Assembly (NCBI GenBank): GCA_012295275.1
Contig: CM022667.1
Coordinates: 18,724,001 to 18,788,000, forward strand
Direction of reading: 5' to 3'
Origin: Chrysomallon squamiferum
Taxonomy: Eukaryota; Animalia; Mollusca
Length of the DNA stretch: 64,000 bases
The translations under genes were made by a program, and so were the position numbers. This document shows positions 39,608 through 54,461 of this stretch, one piece after another; position 1 is the stretch's first letter, and each line of letters opens with the position of its first letter. The notes beneath the pieces were generated by a model. That model made no database searches, was not told the DNA's origin, and saw only the letters and a program-made list of their open reading frames with translations.

Positions 39608-41711
39608 TCAATTATTGTTAATATGTCCCAAATGACATAGAAACTTGAATGTGTAATTCCTCGACGATACTTAGTCTATGTTTTACATTGATATTCATAA
39701 TACCAATGAATTATTGCCTTGCTGATGATTCTTCAGATTAGTAAATTACTGAGTGAATCATCTCGACAAAGACGTATGGGGCTGTTCGATTAAAGAGGAT
39801 GATCATTATCAAACCAAGATTCATATTGCTTTACTCAAAGTTTCGCCAGTGACTGCCAGAATGTGACAGGGAAGTCGCCCTCCTTGCCTATCTGGACCGG
39901 ACGTCCATTAAAACTGCATCGTCCGTATTTTTGTTAAGTGTAACTTCTGGGAAATATAGTCTGCGTATTTGGAGTAATTGTAAAAATAATGTTTGTCTGA
40001 ATGTCCAAGTCAGAACTAAATAAAGAGTGAAACCTTCTAATTACTTGGTGTGTGTGTATCTCGTAATTTAATAAACATTTCTTCTTCTTTTTCATATATC
40101 TTTTTCTTTCTTTCTTTTTTACTTATTTATTTATTTTAACATCCTTTATGAACTGACAACAGACTACAGCATTTCTTTCTTCTTAAAATTGTTTTATTAC
40201 AATAATTTTAATACAATATTAGTTTATTATGACTAAGTTCTGCATGAAATTTGACGTGATTATCAAATGACCAGTTTCGAAGTTCCACCGTGATGATTCA
40301 CGATACAAATGGCTGACATCTCGCGACACTGTGTCAGTTCTACTACCTTTTAATGTACTGACGGGATTCATCTCTCGACATTTATTACCTAACACGACAC
40401 ATGTGATACAAGCAAATGTTTCAAAATGAAAGTACATTTGTCATTTTGGTAACATCATCAATCAAACTGTGAGACTTGAAACCTGGATTATTATTATGTA
40501 AAAACAACTGACTTTAAAAGTTTTTCGCCATCAGTAAAGCATATAAGATTTGCTGAGTGTAGAATAGTGATCCGTAATTGTTAAAATCATTATTTCTTTA
40601 TAAAGCAGTAAACATCTTTGTCTTAAACTTCAACTACAACAAATTACCGTAATTAATTGAAATACCATTAATCTGTTCCAGCCCTCCAAAAGCACACCAT
40701 TTATTTATTTATTTATTTATTTATTTTGTAACGTGTTTTTAATTAAGAAAAATGTATTTATAAATGATAAATATTGTAAAAACAAATAAAAGAGAATGTA
40801 AAGAAATCATCCGCTTCTTCTTCTCAGCACTGTCCTTTGTACTCACTTTCTTACGATCCAGGATCAGAAATACGAAATTTGGCAAAATACTGCACAAAAC
40901 GCTAACACAAAACAACAGAGATGCTTTCGCGGCGAGGTAACCATGTGAAGTGAACGACTGAGATGCGGGATGCTGGCCGGATGTTGTGTTGTTTGTTGCG
41001 CCAACTAGCGGCAGCGTATCTGAAACTCGCTCGTAGCTCGGAATTTGGCTCGCAACTCAAAGCTAATAATCGACCAAGCGACTGCTTGTAACTCGGAAAA
41101 CTCGTAAGATGGGGCACTCGCAAATCAAGGTACCACTGTAAAAATAATAATAATAATGTAGTTTTTTTTAAACCAATAACTGATAGAAGAATGTCCTTTT
41201 TCTAAATTTTAATATTTTTTAAACTCATATCAACCAACAATGAATAGTTTTTTCTTTCTTTCTTTCTTTCTTTGTTGTTTTTCTTCCTTTTATAGCTATT
41301 AATTATTTAATTTATTTGTTTATAATGTTTAATTTTTGCTTGTTTCTTTTTCATTTCTCTAAGGAATGTGACTGTATTATAAAAATAGACTTTAAAAAGC
41401 AAATAAATAAAATCAGTAATTTAATTTTTTTTTTTAATCTATTTTGATTTTGTTCATATCCTTAGGGTTAGCAGATATTTTTGTTATTTGTATATGTATG
41501 TTGCATGTAGGAGTGTGTATGCATATGTCTGTGTGTTTACTTTTTCTGTAATGTTTTGTTTATCACCGCTTACAATTATTATGATTCTCTAAAAATTACT
41601 TTATTAACACTCATTATAATTTGTTATGTATTAATTTCCTTGTTACATAAGAAGCAGGCCGGTGTCTGAATCAGATTACTCAGTTGACATAACGGAGGAA
41701 AAGTAATATAC

Positions 41712-41746
<35 letters not shown>

Positions 41747-42269
41747 CTCACTTACAAACACTTCACTTTACATTGCGTAAGTGTAGTCCCATGACGGCAA
41801 AGGTAATAATAATAAACTGAGTTAAGGGACTATGGAAGCAAAAATAGAAAGTGTTTTAATTACACTGATTATTTTTCAATTTGAGATTTTCTTTATTTTA
41901 TTTTTTTATCGGTTATAACTGCTGAAGTCTCGAATGTATTCATTTATAATCATAAAAAGGTCTAAAATGTTTCGCAATTAGATTTGGCTTTATTGCGATG
42001 GCTTCATCAAATTTTAGATTATTGTTTCGTTCAACGAAACCAATAATATAAGTGATGGTAAAAATAAACAATATATTTTACCTTTGATACCTGTAACTTT
42101 CGTCACTTTTGTTATCGAAATTTGTTTTCAGAAATGTAAGTAAATCTCTCTCGCTGTTGATAAGAAGCTGTAACTGGGCGGACGAAGTGTAGACGTCTGT
42201 ACTCAAACACACATTACAGCTCATCAAAGTCACAAAACACGTCAACAATGACATTGTACACGTATTCAT
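25544..42269 (-). CDS. P4HA: Collagen prolyl 4-hydroxylase alpha subunit-like, 13 coding exons, ~487 aa
   Basis: Minus-strand exons: 42269-42082 (or alternative donor 42091), 39373-39225, 38837-38581, 37945-37894, 37465-37365, 36970-36815, 35541-35474, 34300-34183, 33629-33576, 33475-33401, 33091-33023, 32710-32614, 25623-25544 (TAA). Signal peptide, [44 protein letters not shown] (HxD), [48 protein letters not shown]. Confidence 0.9.
25805..25906. repeat. (TTTA)n/(ATT)n microsatellite, representative of dozens of (CA)n, (AT)n, (AAT)n, (AGT)n and (CT)n tracts in the window
   Basis: Simple repeats are directly visible. Others occur at e.g. 1245-1279, 7859-7902, 35545-35675, 38257-38320, 54367-54456, 60650-60820 and 61243-61327. 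Confidence 0.95.
26200..32480 (-). mobile_element. Decayed near-full-length CR1/L2-like LINE in the last P4HA intron, interrupted by later insertions
   Basis: Minus strand. ORF1 remnants ([35 protein letters not shown]) at ~31500-32050; endonuclease remnants (KSGG) at ~31130; RT remnants [37 protein letters not shown] at 27150-27610. Confidence 0.8.
29935..30600. mobile_element. Non-autonomous MULE, same family as 44798-45395, nested in the LINE
   Basis: TIRs ggtatgttcccagaactggca / tgccagaatcgggaataaacc, with TSD AAAATCAA on both sides. Both ends are homologous to 44798-45395. Confidence 0.8.
35777..36185 (+). repeat. Inverted duplicate of the P4HA intron 4/exon 5 segment (37350-37682)
   Basis: Reverse-complement homology runs throughout, including a 101-nt exon-5 copy at 36066-36166. 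Confidence 0.9.
36270..36408. repeat. Direct duplicate of 37052-37198
   Basis: ttctgttaatgcggactgt...ttctgaagaacgtggcta is present twice with few mismatches. Confidence 0.9.
39616..40078 (+). mobile_element. Possible solo LTR
   Basis: TGTT...AACA ends, with AATAAA about 55 nt before the 3' end. The interior is more complex than the flanking microsatellites. No clear TSD. Confidence 0.3.
40830..41140 (-). mobile_element. Tigger/pogo-like element terminal fragment
   Basis: The minus strand begins TA|CAGTGGTACCTTGATTTGCGAG, a typical Tigger-type TIR. The segment is GC-richer than its flanks. Confidence 0.55.
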
Positions 42270-42454
42270 TACCAGACGTCAATTTGAAAATCACGAACCT
42301 GCAAAGAAAAACTGTGACTGAATTTTTATTAATCTATTATCGCATGTGTTTGTGTGTGTGTGTGTGTGTGTGTTCTTGTGCGTAGGATATTTGCTTTTGT
42401 TTTTTATTCTTTCTTTTTTACAGCAAATTATTAAATTTATTAAATAATAACAAT

Positions 42455-42512
<58 letters not shown>

Positions 42513-42740
42513 TAATAATGATTACTTGAAAAAAAAAAAAATTAAAACCTTTAAATCTTTATAATTTGCTATGGACTTACGTGTGTGTGTTTGTGTGAGT
42601 TTGGTGTGTCCGTGCATATATGCAATGTATACAAATACAACCTACATCATATTGCTATATTGTGAGTATCATTATCAAAATATAACTATCTGTCATTTTA
42701 TCTGTTTTTATTACTTTTAAAAAAATACTAGACGTACTTC

Positions 42741-42778
<38 letters not shown>

Positions 42779-44797
42779 CAAAAAGACACACAGATATTAA
42801 ATCAGTAATCAAAAAAAATAAAATAAAATAAAAAATAAAAGAAACACCACCTAACCTTTTGGAGAGACGGAAAAGAAAAAGTTACATTCGTACAATACAG
42901 ACTAAGCCGTAATGTCACGACCTAACCTGAAGTATTTGTCATACTGTCTTAGGTTATTGCCGTGTCAAGAAATATATCTACTGTTAGTGTTAAGTTATTA
43001 CTTCACTAGTTTCACTTGAATAATTACACTGGCGCATTGATATCAGGTACCAGCAATCTGAGATATATTATTTATTTAACTGATTTTTATATTTAGAAGT
43101 ATATAGTTAGGTTGTGATTATGTATGTACATTAATGGGTGTGAAAACTGGTTCCAGTTACCGCCATGCACAACGTCAGAACTGAGAAACAAAATAAATGT
43201 TTACACATACTTTTGATATAATCTACAGCACACTTCGCGAATTTACATTTATCTACATTGAATTCGTTATTTTATTTTTATTAGTTTTCAAATAAAACAG
43301 CTTTGTCCTTTTTGTTGAAATTTATATAGTTATTCTTTATTTTTTATTTTTTTTAAATAGAACTGGTATTTTATTTAAAGAACAAAATAACTGAATTATT
43401 CATTCTACAATTAATTGTTTAAAGTTTGTCTAATTCGGCTGAAAATGAATGTCCCATGTGTGTGCGCGCGCGTGTCAGAAAAATAGAAATAAGACTAAAA
43501 AAACTATATGTATATCCAAGTAAAACCATCAGTATGTTTTCTAAATTTGATATTTATTTATTTATTTGTCTTCTTATTTCTTGTTTACCGTACTTATATG
43601 TATTAGTTATTTATTTGTTGATTTATATACTTGTTTACTTAACAGTTTGGTTTGATATTTATTTTTAGCCCCAGAGGTAAAGAACAGAATATAAACGTTA
43701 TTCTCATCACATAGACAATTAATTTTACATAAATTTAACGAAATAAATAAATCTGCTTAAGTAAAATATATGCCCTCATACATACTCTATTATCAAATCT
43801 GATAATCTAAGTGTAGTGTCTTTAATAAAAATGCCATATTATAAAATATAATTTAGAAAGAAATAATGAACGAAAGTTAGTAAAAGAATAGTCAATAAAT
43901 TTTAAAAGCTATTTATATTACTATTTTTAATTCAATATTTGTAAAATTATTTTTTCTAGATTTGAAGATTTCTGACCTCTGTTTTTCCGTCCGCAGTCAA
44001 ATACAAAATCACCTTAAGGCAACAGAAGTATAGTAACAATGAAAATTATTGTGGACAACGCCAATATTTTTATGTATTAAGATATAATTAATCCCTGATA
44101 TGACATATCATTTGATTTCCTGCTTGTCAACATAAATATTCATGGGATATATCAGATAGATTTTTTCTTTCTTTCGTTTCTTTCTTTAATTTAAAAAAAA
44201 ATATATAATAAAAAAATAAAAATGATAATCAAAAGAAGCAGAAAATGTTCGTGTCATTATTGTTTGTTAGAATAAAGGAATAAGGAAAAATAAAAAGGAT
44301 AATTATAACAACAGCAAAGAAACTGCCGGAAATTATTTACATAACGATTTTAAAATTATATATCTACTTCGTATATTTAATTATTACTGTGATTTTATAT
44401 ATATATATATTTTTTTTTTTTTTACTGAAAACTAATTACGTAATCATGTTTAAATTAAATTTTCATCAGATTTATGATATAATTCTTAGCGTAAACTGAG
44501 TTTATTTTTTATTATGAAACCGTTTTAAGAGAACTATCGAAAACAGATGTGTTAAAATGTTTTTTTAATAAAAAATAAATCCATCCGGAACAGAGGTTTG
44601 TATCGCATATTATATTAAAAATCAAACCGTTTTTAACAGTTTGTTAGTACTACATAAAAGATAAAACATTTCAAACAAAAATTAACATATAGACAAATAC
44701 ATAAATAAATATAAACACATATGGAGCGATTTAATTACAGGAATTTTGTTTTTCAAATTCCTTTAAATTCAGCTGAAAAGAGATTACTAATTAATAT

Positions 44798-45395
44798 GGT
44801 TTATTCCCGATTCTGGCAGTGAGATTATAACACATCTTAATTGGACATGCCAGTTGTTCCATTTCTGGCAGTTTATTTCTCACCCTTACTAATTGAGTTC
44901 CGTCACCTTAACTGATGTACTTTTGTCCACAATTTGTAGGACAATCAGTCACACTCTACACAAGAAATGTTCCAGAAAACACTCCACCGCAAGCTGACAA
45001 GTAGGAAGCCGTGTCCCGGGTACACGTGACGTACTCCAATCCCAGCTGGAAGAACTTGTGCTTGTCTTCTTCGGTGCGGCAGGACTTCCTTGATTTCTGT
45101 CCACCTTCCAGCTGTAGCAGATGGGCTTCCTTGTTGGCGTTCTCTGACTTGAACAAGAGAATCAGCTCGTATATGTTCTTGTGTGGTTTCACTCCTCTCT
45201 TGACCAACCTGCTGTTGTAACCTTCACCTCTGCTCTTCACTGCTCATTAAAGTTAATCTCGTTATAAGCCCCCTCTGTTCTTCATGCCTCTAAATTGGCC
45301 TTAATTGCTCACGCCAGTTTAACCCATTTCTGGAAGCGGATTATAAAACCTCACCGATTACATAATCTGGAGACTGCCAGTTTTGGGAACATATC
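44798..45395 (-). mobile_element. Internally deleted MULE carrying a transposase C-terminal fragment
   Basis: 8-bp TSD ATTAATAT; TIRs as in 29935-30600. ORF EGYNSRLVKRGVKPHKNIYELILLFKSE resembles the MULE transposase C-terminus (EGWHxRL...HPNIY). Confidence 0.8.
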
Positions 45396-45965
45396 ATTAA
45401 TATAATTACCATAGTGGAGACTTCTGTCAGTGTTCAAAATCAAACTTTATTCACATCCCTGACACCAGTACCTATAATAAGCACCGCGGCTTTCTCCTGA
45501 AATACAATTGCAAATATATCCATTTCACTGGTGTATGTAAATAAAACTTATTTTGCACGTCATAAAACTCATAATAAGCATAAGGTATGTTTATGTTTTA
45601 AGAAATATTACATGGGGAACCCAAATAGACCTCCAGTTTGTGCCAACCCCGCATCATCTTTTTCTACTGTTAAAATGCGGTGTTTATCAAATATAAACAT
45701 ACATGGAATGATGTTGAATGTTGAATTATCAAAATTATGTAAAAATGCTGGAAATTGATGACGCCATCTTTAAAAGTGCCGTACAATAAAATTAAATATT
45801 TTGGTATGACCATACGCATTAACAGTGAAATAATAATTAGGTGTCCGCTGATCTAAGAGAAATATCTGTTGAAAAACAATCGAGCTCGGAAAAGTGTTCG
45901 TAGATCGTAGGTGGAACCTCGTCTCGGTGTCCGCTAAAGACAGTTACTACTGTGTGTGTATGTAC

Positions 45966-46000
<35 letters not shown>

Positions 46001-46204
46001 CGCGCGCGCGCGCGCATTTAGAAATAATATATTCATAATCGTTATCATCAGTGCTGAAACTAGTATTAACAGTAGAAGTACGAAATGTTATTAATATTAT
46101 ATTATTATCTTCATCACCATTAATATTATTATAGTTATTTGGTTACCATCAACATCATTATCATAAACTTGATTATGATTATGATGATGATGATGATGAT
46201 GATG

Positions 46205-46253
<49 letters not shown>

Positions 46254-47469
46254 CTACCTGATTTCTTGTGGATCCCAAGCGAAAATAAACTATGAAAGAC
46301 TAATTCACATCTTCAGTTAAAGACTGTTATCACATTATTTCAATTTAATCATGTGTATATCAACATCTAATGCGATACTGAAAGCCTGTAACCTTTTAGT
46401 GGTATTTTATTATCCAAGCTATAAGCCACTCCCATACTTCGGTCTAAGCGTCTACGACGAAACGTATAAGTCGATTTAGGTAATAATTTCGTAACTTGTC
46501 GCTAGACGCCTATATCAAGCATTACTTGGCGCGAATTGTGTAATCTTCATTTGCTGTGACATTTTTGACAGTTCAGTTTACTGCTCGCATAACAGTTGAG
46601 GATTTTTGGCAGTTATTAACACCTTTCTGTTCACGCATATCTAGAACAGGTTTTTCTTTTTTCTTCTTCTTCTTTGTTTAATTTTTTAAGGAAGAAAACC
46701 ATAAAAGCGGGAGGATTAAAGGAGATAGGATAATATAAATATAAAGGTGAAATGAACAGTTATTATAAAGATAAATAATATAGTGAATTCACATTTAAAT
46801 TAAAAACAAAAACAAAAGTAAAAAAAAAACAGCAACAAAACAAAAACGAATAGGCACCGGCTATAAAGAAGCGAAATGAATTTCATTTTAAATACAATAT
46901 AATAATAATGATCATAACAACAACAACAACAATAACAAAAATTACTGGTCAGATAAATTGGTGCCGATGATCAACACCACTCTCAAACTGAGTTATCACA
47001 GCATAATTATATAATTATGTTAATTTTCAAACTATCAAGGATACTGATGAAATTAATAATTTTTCAGTGAACAATAAAAATAATCTATAGGTGTAAAATC
47101 ATTTTTGCGTTTTTTGATGCGGTTATATTTGCTAAAATAAAAAAGGATATCGTTAAACGGGGCTTTTCCCTTTTATTCACCTTATATTTCTTATTTAAAG
47201 TATATTATTTCCTATCACAAAATAATGTTCTGAGCACGTTCAAGAAAAACTGTGTGCATTCATTCATCATTCTTTCTAATTAATTTTCATTTTATTTTTT
47301 ATTTGTTCTAATTTGTGGTTGTATTTATTTATTTATTTATTGTTCCTTTTGTAAAGATTTACTTTCCTGCTATCCGCTTTCTAGACCAGATTATTCTAAT
47401 TCTCGAACTGGAACAGTCTTTCTAATTCCTAAGAAAGAAATTACATAAAATGATCAAAATTTATAATAC

Positions 47470-47507
<38 letters not shown>

Positions 47508-48719
47508 AGTTATCTGTATAACCATAATGATTTAATTTCCACATTGTTACTGAAATTAAAAATCTAATGTCAATTCCGTGACATAAACATAAACAGGCGG
47601 ATGTCGCACAAAGATAAATGTGTTACGCATCTGAATTCCGTGACAGTGGGTCTTTTTAAATTTGAATAATCAAAATAATCAAAATAAAACTGGCATCAAC
47701 ACATTTTTCCATTTATTTAAAAAGTGCTTTCTGAAATCACAACCCTCAAAATAAGTGTGTCAATTTCAGATAACATCTATTATAAACAGGCTACATAATA
47801 GTACATTATGTATAAACTCTCCACAAATACCATAATTAAAAGCCATACGATTTAAATATTATTTGCATAAGCTTAATAACAGAGTATCTTACATTCAAGG
47901 CAATAAAGATGCTGTCTCCATCATTTGCGTAACATAGAATCAAAAATGGAAACGGGTTAAAAATAACGCGTTCTCAATTGATTAAATGCACAACCTCAAT
48001 GAATATTTATATGTGTGTCCACTGATTCATGTGATTCATGTTCGTTATGTTTCTCACAATAGCATGAATGTTCCTTTTTATAAAATGCATCATAACACTT
48101 GAAGTCGGAAGCCATAAGTGTTCCAAATTGCTGAAGTGCAATAATTTTGCAAAAATGTCGATTTACAGACAGTATACACGTAGATGTCAAATGCTAAAAA
48201 TAGACACCTTTCGTGTACCCGAATCCTTGGAGCTTGACACGAGGTATATAATTTCGGAAACGAAACGTTACAATGATGATCACTTTGGAAATTTTATTAA
48301 ATCATCACGTCAAACGTTTATTCATTTTGACAAATTTATCAGTCATTTTTACATCATGAGCAGTTAATCTAATTTTTTCTTTGTTTTACTAAATATTGGC
48401 AACTAAATCAGTGGATCGGTATTGACTATATCACGAACTGGGGATGCGAAATTGATCCACTGGAACATCAACACAATAAAAGAATGCAACCTTATTTTAA
48501 TATTATGTTATTTTTATTATCTCTAACACCAAAATAAGTAAGATGTTAATTAAAATCAGCTGTTTATGACAAACATTATTTTTATAAATCTTTGAAAAAG
48601 GTGACTCGCATCATGCCCAATTTTGAAGAACAACACACACACATGTCTTCCATGGAATAGTTGGAAGCATGAAACCATAGCGCTTGTACAGCAGTCAGAA
48701 TTCGGATAGAAACAGTGTC

Positions 48720-49685
48720 GTCACATTATGTCGAATTCCCACATAGTCGAAATAACTCGTCTGCCGAAATACCTGATTACCCGTATATGTAATGAACTTG
48801 GCCTCTTGATAGTTTTTCATAGTTTATCCATGGCTCTTATGAATAAAACTCTGGTTCTACAAACTTCCATTACAGAGAGAGACAGTGGTTTATTTAACAA
48901 TATATTTTCCCCATAGCCTCTTGGGTATAATAAAAAATGTTTTTGAAAAACATAAGAAATCACACTTACCATACCGATAATGGCTAGTTTACGCAAGGTA
49001 GGATTTGTGCAGGCAAATCGTGGAAAATAAGTTTTGTTAGATAGTCACATGTACAGTCAAAATCGCGTTAACGATGAAACTACATACTGTGATGCACCAA
49101 ACGATCCTGTGTCGGCAAGATCACCACAGTTGCCGATTTTGTTAGAAATAGCTTCGGTCATGACCATCCTTCGATGAATGAAGTCCAGAAGACGTGATTG
49201 GATGCAATGTAGACTTGATTAAGGGGATAGAAAAAGCAACGTTGGTGCAGTTGAATACTGGAGCTGCACCACCATCGAGGAAGAGAGTCCACCGGGATCT
49301 CGACGATAGAGCCAGTCGCCTCAAGCAGCAGCTCACTCATAGAACCAGGACACCCCTGCAGTACCTGGACGGCATTGGTCACCTCATGAAGCTGTAGCGA
49401 TTGTTTTTTTGTGAATTAAACATTTTTAGATTGTTTCTTAATTATTTACAAACATTCAGTACATTCAATACATGGATTATTTCGTTGTCATATTTTCATA
49501 CTTTATGCGATATGCGATATTCATACCAAAATCTGTACAACAGTAATCGGTTTCCAAATAATCTGGAACAGTTCATTATAATGACCAAGGTAACAACATG
49601 CAGGTAAGTAAGAACACTGAACCTAATTTATTGTTGTTTCAGCAGTTCGACAAGCGGGAATTCGACCGTCGGGGAGTAAGCCTAG
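48720..49685 (+). mobile_element. MULE-like element with a transposase C-terminal remnant
   Basis: Ends are shared with 4003-5816. ORF 49194-49397 ...RDLDDRASRLKQQLTHRTRTPLQYLDGIGH resembles a MULE C-terminus. Confidence 0.6.
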
Positions 49686-50601
49686 TAGAATAACTCGTCA
49701 TTTTATTTTTAGACAACTGAAGTGATAAAACTTTGTAAAAAAAGTTTATGTAGAGTTTCAGCAATAATGAATTAGCATTGATCAATGTTATCCATCTTTT
49801 TTTTAGTTTAAAGAGCGTCGGGTATTCCATTTGTGCCCTCAGTGAATTAAATTTTATTTTTAATTCTTTTTTTTATTTATTATACTAAATTTAGCAATGT
49901 GCGCGTGAAATGTGACGTAAGTGCACTTAAATTTGCGCTATTTTGTTGAGCTCTAGTGTGCGGCTGAGGATCACATGTGAGTGAATGATTAGTCAACATT
50001 AATGAAAAACAAAAATAATATAAATAAATAAATAAAAAAATCTGAAATATTTCGTTGATTTTTAGAAAAGAAGTGTTCATTCAGCTTTGAGAAAGTTTGT
50101 TCAAAATATACAAAATTTGTTAAAGTCTACAGTTCATGTGATTATGATTATAATCTAAACGGTGTGTCTGAAAATGTGTGCACACACACACACACACACA
50201 CACATGCATGCGTGCGAATGGGATCACGGCGAGAATCCCCGTCTTGTATGTTATCACAAGAACTAATGCGTTATTTTAAAGACTGGCACTACCTTGAAAC
50301 AAAAATGATTGCACAACATTGTACTTCAGTGGCTGTTTTCATTTTTCCTTTTGTTTGTCTCACACACACGAATAATATTTGAATGGAAAACAAAAAATTA
50401 AAATAGAATCCAGAATTTTATTTTGTAAACTGAATGCTGAATAATGAAATTCAAACACATGAAGAAAAATCATTATAATCTTATCAAACCACTGCATCAT
50501 ATAATTTATATATAATTTGACCTCTTTTTTTGTTAAAAAAAAAGAAAAGAAGAAAAGAATTTTGTTTTTTTTAAAGTAGTTATGTTTTATTTTATAACCC
50601 A

Positions 50602-53600
50602 TTAATTCTCACTCCAGTCTATTTTAGCCCAATCTGGTAGAGCTGTGCTGTACTCCCAGTCAGGACCCTGCAATCAAAGTAATTTTAAAATTTATCTAAT
50701 CGTTACTTCTTGTTTTGTTTTTAAAAATATAAAATATAAATTAAATATATAAAATAAATATTAAACAATTATTATTTTAATGGACTTCAGAACCATCCTT
50801 CAACCCTATAAATCGAGATCACCACTACTTATATAAACAATAAATTATTTCAGTAACTTTAATAACAAGATGATTTAAAAATGATGAAATATTACCTTGT
50901 ATTTGAGAGCATGTAGATAGAGAACTAGCTGGTGAGGAGATGGATCACAGTATTTTTTCTTACATCTGTCGCAGACTGGATCAGGAACCCACTTTGACCT
51001 TTCAAATCCAGGATGTTCTATAGACCTAATACTGGACTTAACTGTTTCACCCACTCGAAATTTCTTAGCACATGGTTCATCATCAGATTTTGGAACATGT
51101 GTTTCAATTTCAGATTTTATTTCTACCTGATCAGCTTTGATTTCTTGAAGTCTTTCCTGTAAATCTGTAACATCTCCTTCTTCCCACAATCCCAAGTAAT
51201 GCTTTTCCATTATTTTTCTAACTATCTAAAGTAAGCATAATTATTATTTTAGCACAAATGTATTAATAGTGGTATCTGAATACCTATTTGTCATGCAATG
51301 GAAAACCTAATAAGTCTCTTTTGTGAAAATTGAGATCCGAATATTTTTGGAGTTACAAGTTTGTCCATGTTATTGATGTGTTCAAATAATCTTATATTAA
51401 ATAGAATTTTGTTTATGCTATATTTTTTCTTTGTGAATTTATTGCAAAATATAAAACATACTCAATGAAAAATCATCCTGCTATGTCATTTTCTAACCTA
51501 AATGTTTTGAATGTGAAAAGAAACGAATGTTCTTTGTTTAAATGAACCTCCTTTTTATGCAGTAATTTTGTATTGGTGATTAATCAAACCCTAATTGTTA
51601 CCATTTTCAGCTTTTCTCAGTTTTCTTTGAATAACAGATGTGAATCATTAGCAATTTCCATTGTGATGATATAAGCATACAACCTAAGCATAACCAGACT
51701 GATAATCTTTGTAAGTCATTCAGATTCTCACTATAATAGGAATTTTTCTTTACATTTACATGTAAAACTGAAATCATATTTTATTATATATATTTTATCA
51801 TCTGCCATCACACATAAATATGGATTGGTAACATTAGTAATATAGTTAGTAACTAAGAATAATTATCTATAAATAAAAACAATAAACAACAATTTCTAAC
51901 GTCTTATTGTTTTCTATAAATTAAAAAAAAAAAAAAAATTCTTAAGCATTCACTTTCACCGTTTGTACTTATAAATAAGAAATATCAACAGAAACACTAG
52001 AAGGATATTTAGCAATATTTAAATAAATTACTTTGGTATTAAAACAGAAATAAACTCAGTTTTAAGTCAATCTTGGTGGATTAAGGTGTAAACTGAACTT
52101 ATAGTCATTCTTTTTTTAAACTGTACATCAGTTCTCAAGAGCAGTGTATACTGAATACAACTACATATAAAATTTGAAATTCGCATATAATTCTTATTTT
52201 ATCAGAACTAACCTCATCTTCTGAACAATCATATACACCACCCTTGCCTCTTCCTTTACCCCAGGCCTCACTGTTATAGAAAGGATCATTCACTATAGGG
52301 TGACCTAAAAAAAGTATATAATATTCCTGTAGTTAATGTGCCATATAGTTAAAATAAAGAGAGAAGATTCAGGAGATTAACAGTTACATTCAAAGTGTGT
52401 AATTATAAAATCTTAATTTGAATAAATTAATGGTACCTGAAAATTTAGAAAGAAATGAATTTATTTATTTATTTTTATGAATTCTCCACTTTTAATTATT
52501 ATTTTCTTCTTTTTGTTATAATAAATTTCATTTTTTATTTCATGAATCATTTTAAATGAAGATGTATCACTGTATAAAATAATAACCCAAACATTAAACA
52601 TTTACCTAAAAACTGCAGATGTATTCTAATTTGATGTGTTCTTCCAGTATGTGGTATACCTTTCATTTAAAAAAAAGAAGACAGGAACCAGTTACAAATA
52701 AATAAAACATAAATATATAACAATAAAAATATCCATGTTACTGGCTGATGAATTCAGGGTTATCTGACTTGAAAATATTATAAAGGAAGTTAAGTTTGTC
52801 AAGTCATTTGTGACAAAATGTGCAGATATTAGTATGTCAGATTTTTAGATTAATAACAAATGGATTCTCTCATGAAAAACTGACCAAGGAAAATAATCCA
52901 TATGAAACCAGAAGTAACAGACACTTACATTTAACAACACTGGATTTTCCATTAAAACATATTTTCTCAAACGTTGTGTGACTTTCCTTTCCACCAGCTT
53001 TGATTCTGAATAAACCAATTTTTTTTGACAAACAACCAAGAGGTTCTTTGACTTCAACTCTTCCACTAGAAGATAAAATGATATATGAGAAATCAAATTT
53101 AGTAATTAAAACAAACATTTGCTGATGCCCATACTTAACCAATACATATCAAATTTACTAAGTTAAATAAAATAGGTTTTCTTTCTCGATTTTTTTTTCT
53201 ATAAATTTGTGAATGAAATTATTTTTGGACAAAAAAGGAACCATATAATACTGTTACCAAACAAATAAAAATTCTAGTAACTTCAAGTATGCAATAAGAG
53301 TTTTACATCTTGTATTATCTCATCAAATCAACAAAAAACTATATTCTTTGGATAATTCCTAAAATATTAAATAATATTATAAATATATTACTTACTTAGG
53401 AAAATTGCCCACTACACGACAAACATATTCTTTCTGAACTTTTTTCTGGACTATTTGATCTTCCAGCTGTTTTGTTGTGTTTTTAGATTTGCCCATAATG
53501 AGAACACCCGAGGTTAGACGATCCAGTCTGTAAATATCTGTAATTTCCATCAATTAAAAATTAGTTTAAAAATTAAAAAAAATTAGCCTTTTTTCTTTTT

Positions 53601-54362
53601 AGACATGCTTTGCAAATAATTCAAAAGATTGGCCTCCCCTAGGTTAAATGCTATGAAGATGAATTATGTAATGAAGTTATAGGCATTTATACATTATGTA
53701 GTGTTTACATCCCCATCCATGTATTTATCACAGCACGCGGAGATAATCAGGGAATCGTGTAGAACTTGATGATATAACAAATTATCACAAATAAATAACT
53801 GTAAAACTTTCAAAAAAATTAAGTTTACTTGAAACTGAAGTAATTTTGTGATTTACTAGAAGAAAATTAATTTCTAATTCTAATCAGACTTTTTGGAATT
53901 AAGTGGAATTAAATCAGTAAAACATAATATACATTTTAAATTCTATTTCTATTTTTATTTTGTATAAAATATCTGTTGAAATAATGTAAAATATAATCAA
54001 AAACATGTCAGATAAAAAAAACATTCTTTCTTTAAAAATAACTACTAAATACTAATACATCAGTTTTGAAATAAAATGTCATAGTCTTTTACACCATTAT
54101 TTGCTATTTTTATGAAAGGTAGAAAAGAAATAGAATACAGTATTTTTAATATCTTACTTGTTAAATTGGCAAGGCCAAGTTCTTTTCCCAGAATGAAGAC
54201 AATGGAGTTGTGTCGGTACAGCCCACATGGGTGACAGGGAATTGATGAGGGTTTGTTGATCACAAGGATGTCATCAGTGTTAGCTATGACTTCAATATGG
54301 CAATCCAACACAGGGTTTTCATGCCTTTTAAAATGAAAAACATTCATCAGTCATGTCTCTGT

Positions 54363-54461
<99 letters not shown>

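Noticed and set aside
47560-48720. Complex non-repetitive stretch with ORFs 47996-48190 and 48068-48367
   Set aside because: No recognisable domain or splice structure. It is probably an old transposon fragment or UTR and cannot be classified.
52730-52785. CTGATGA...GAAA hammerhead-ribozyme-like core
   Set aside because: Stem II is imperfect, and no matching stem I/III or NUH cleavage site could be built.
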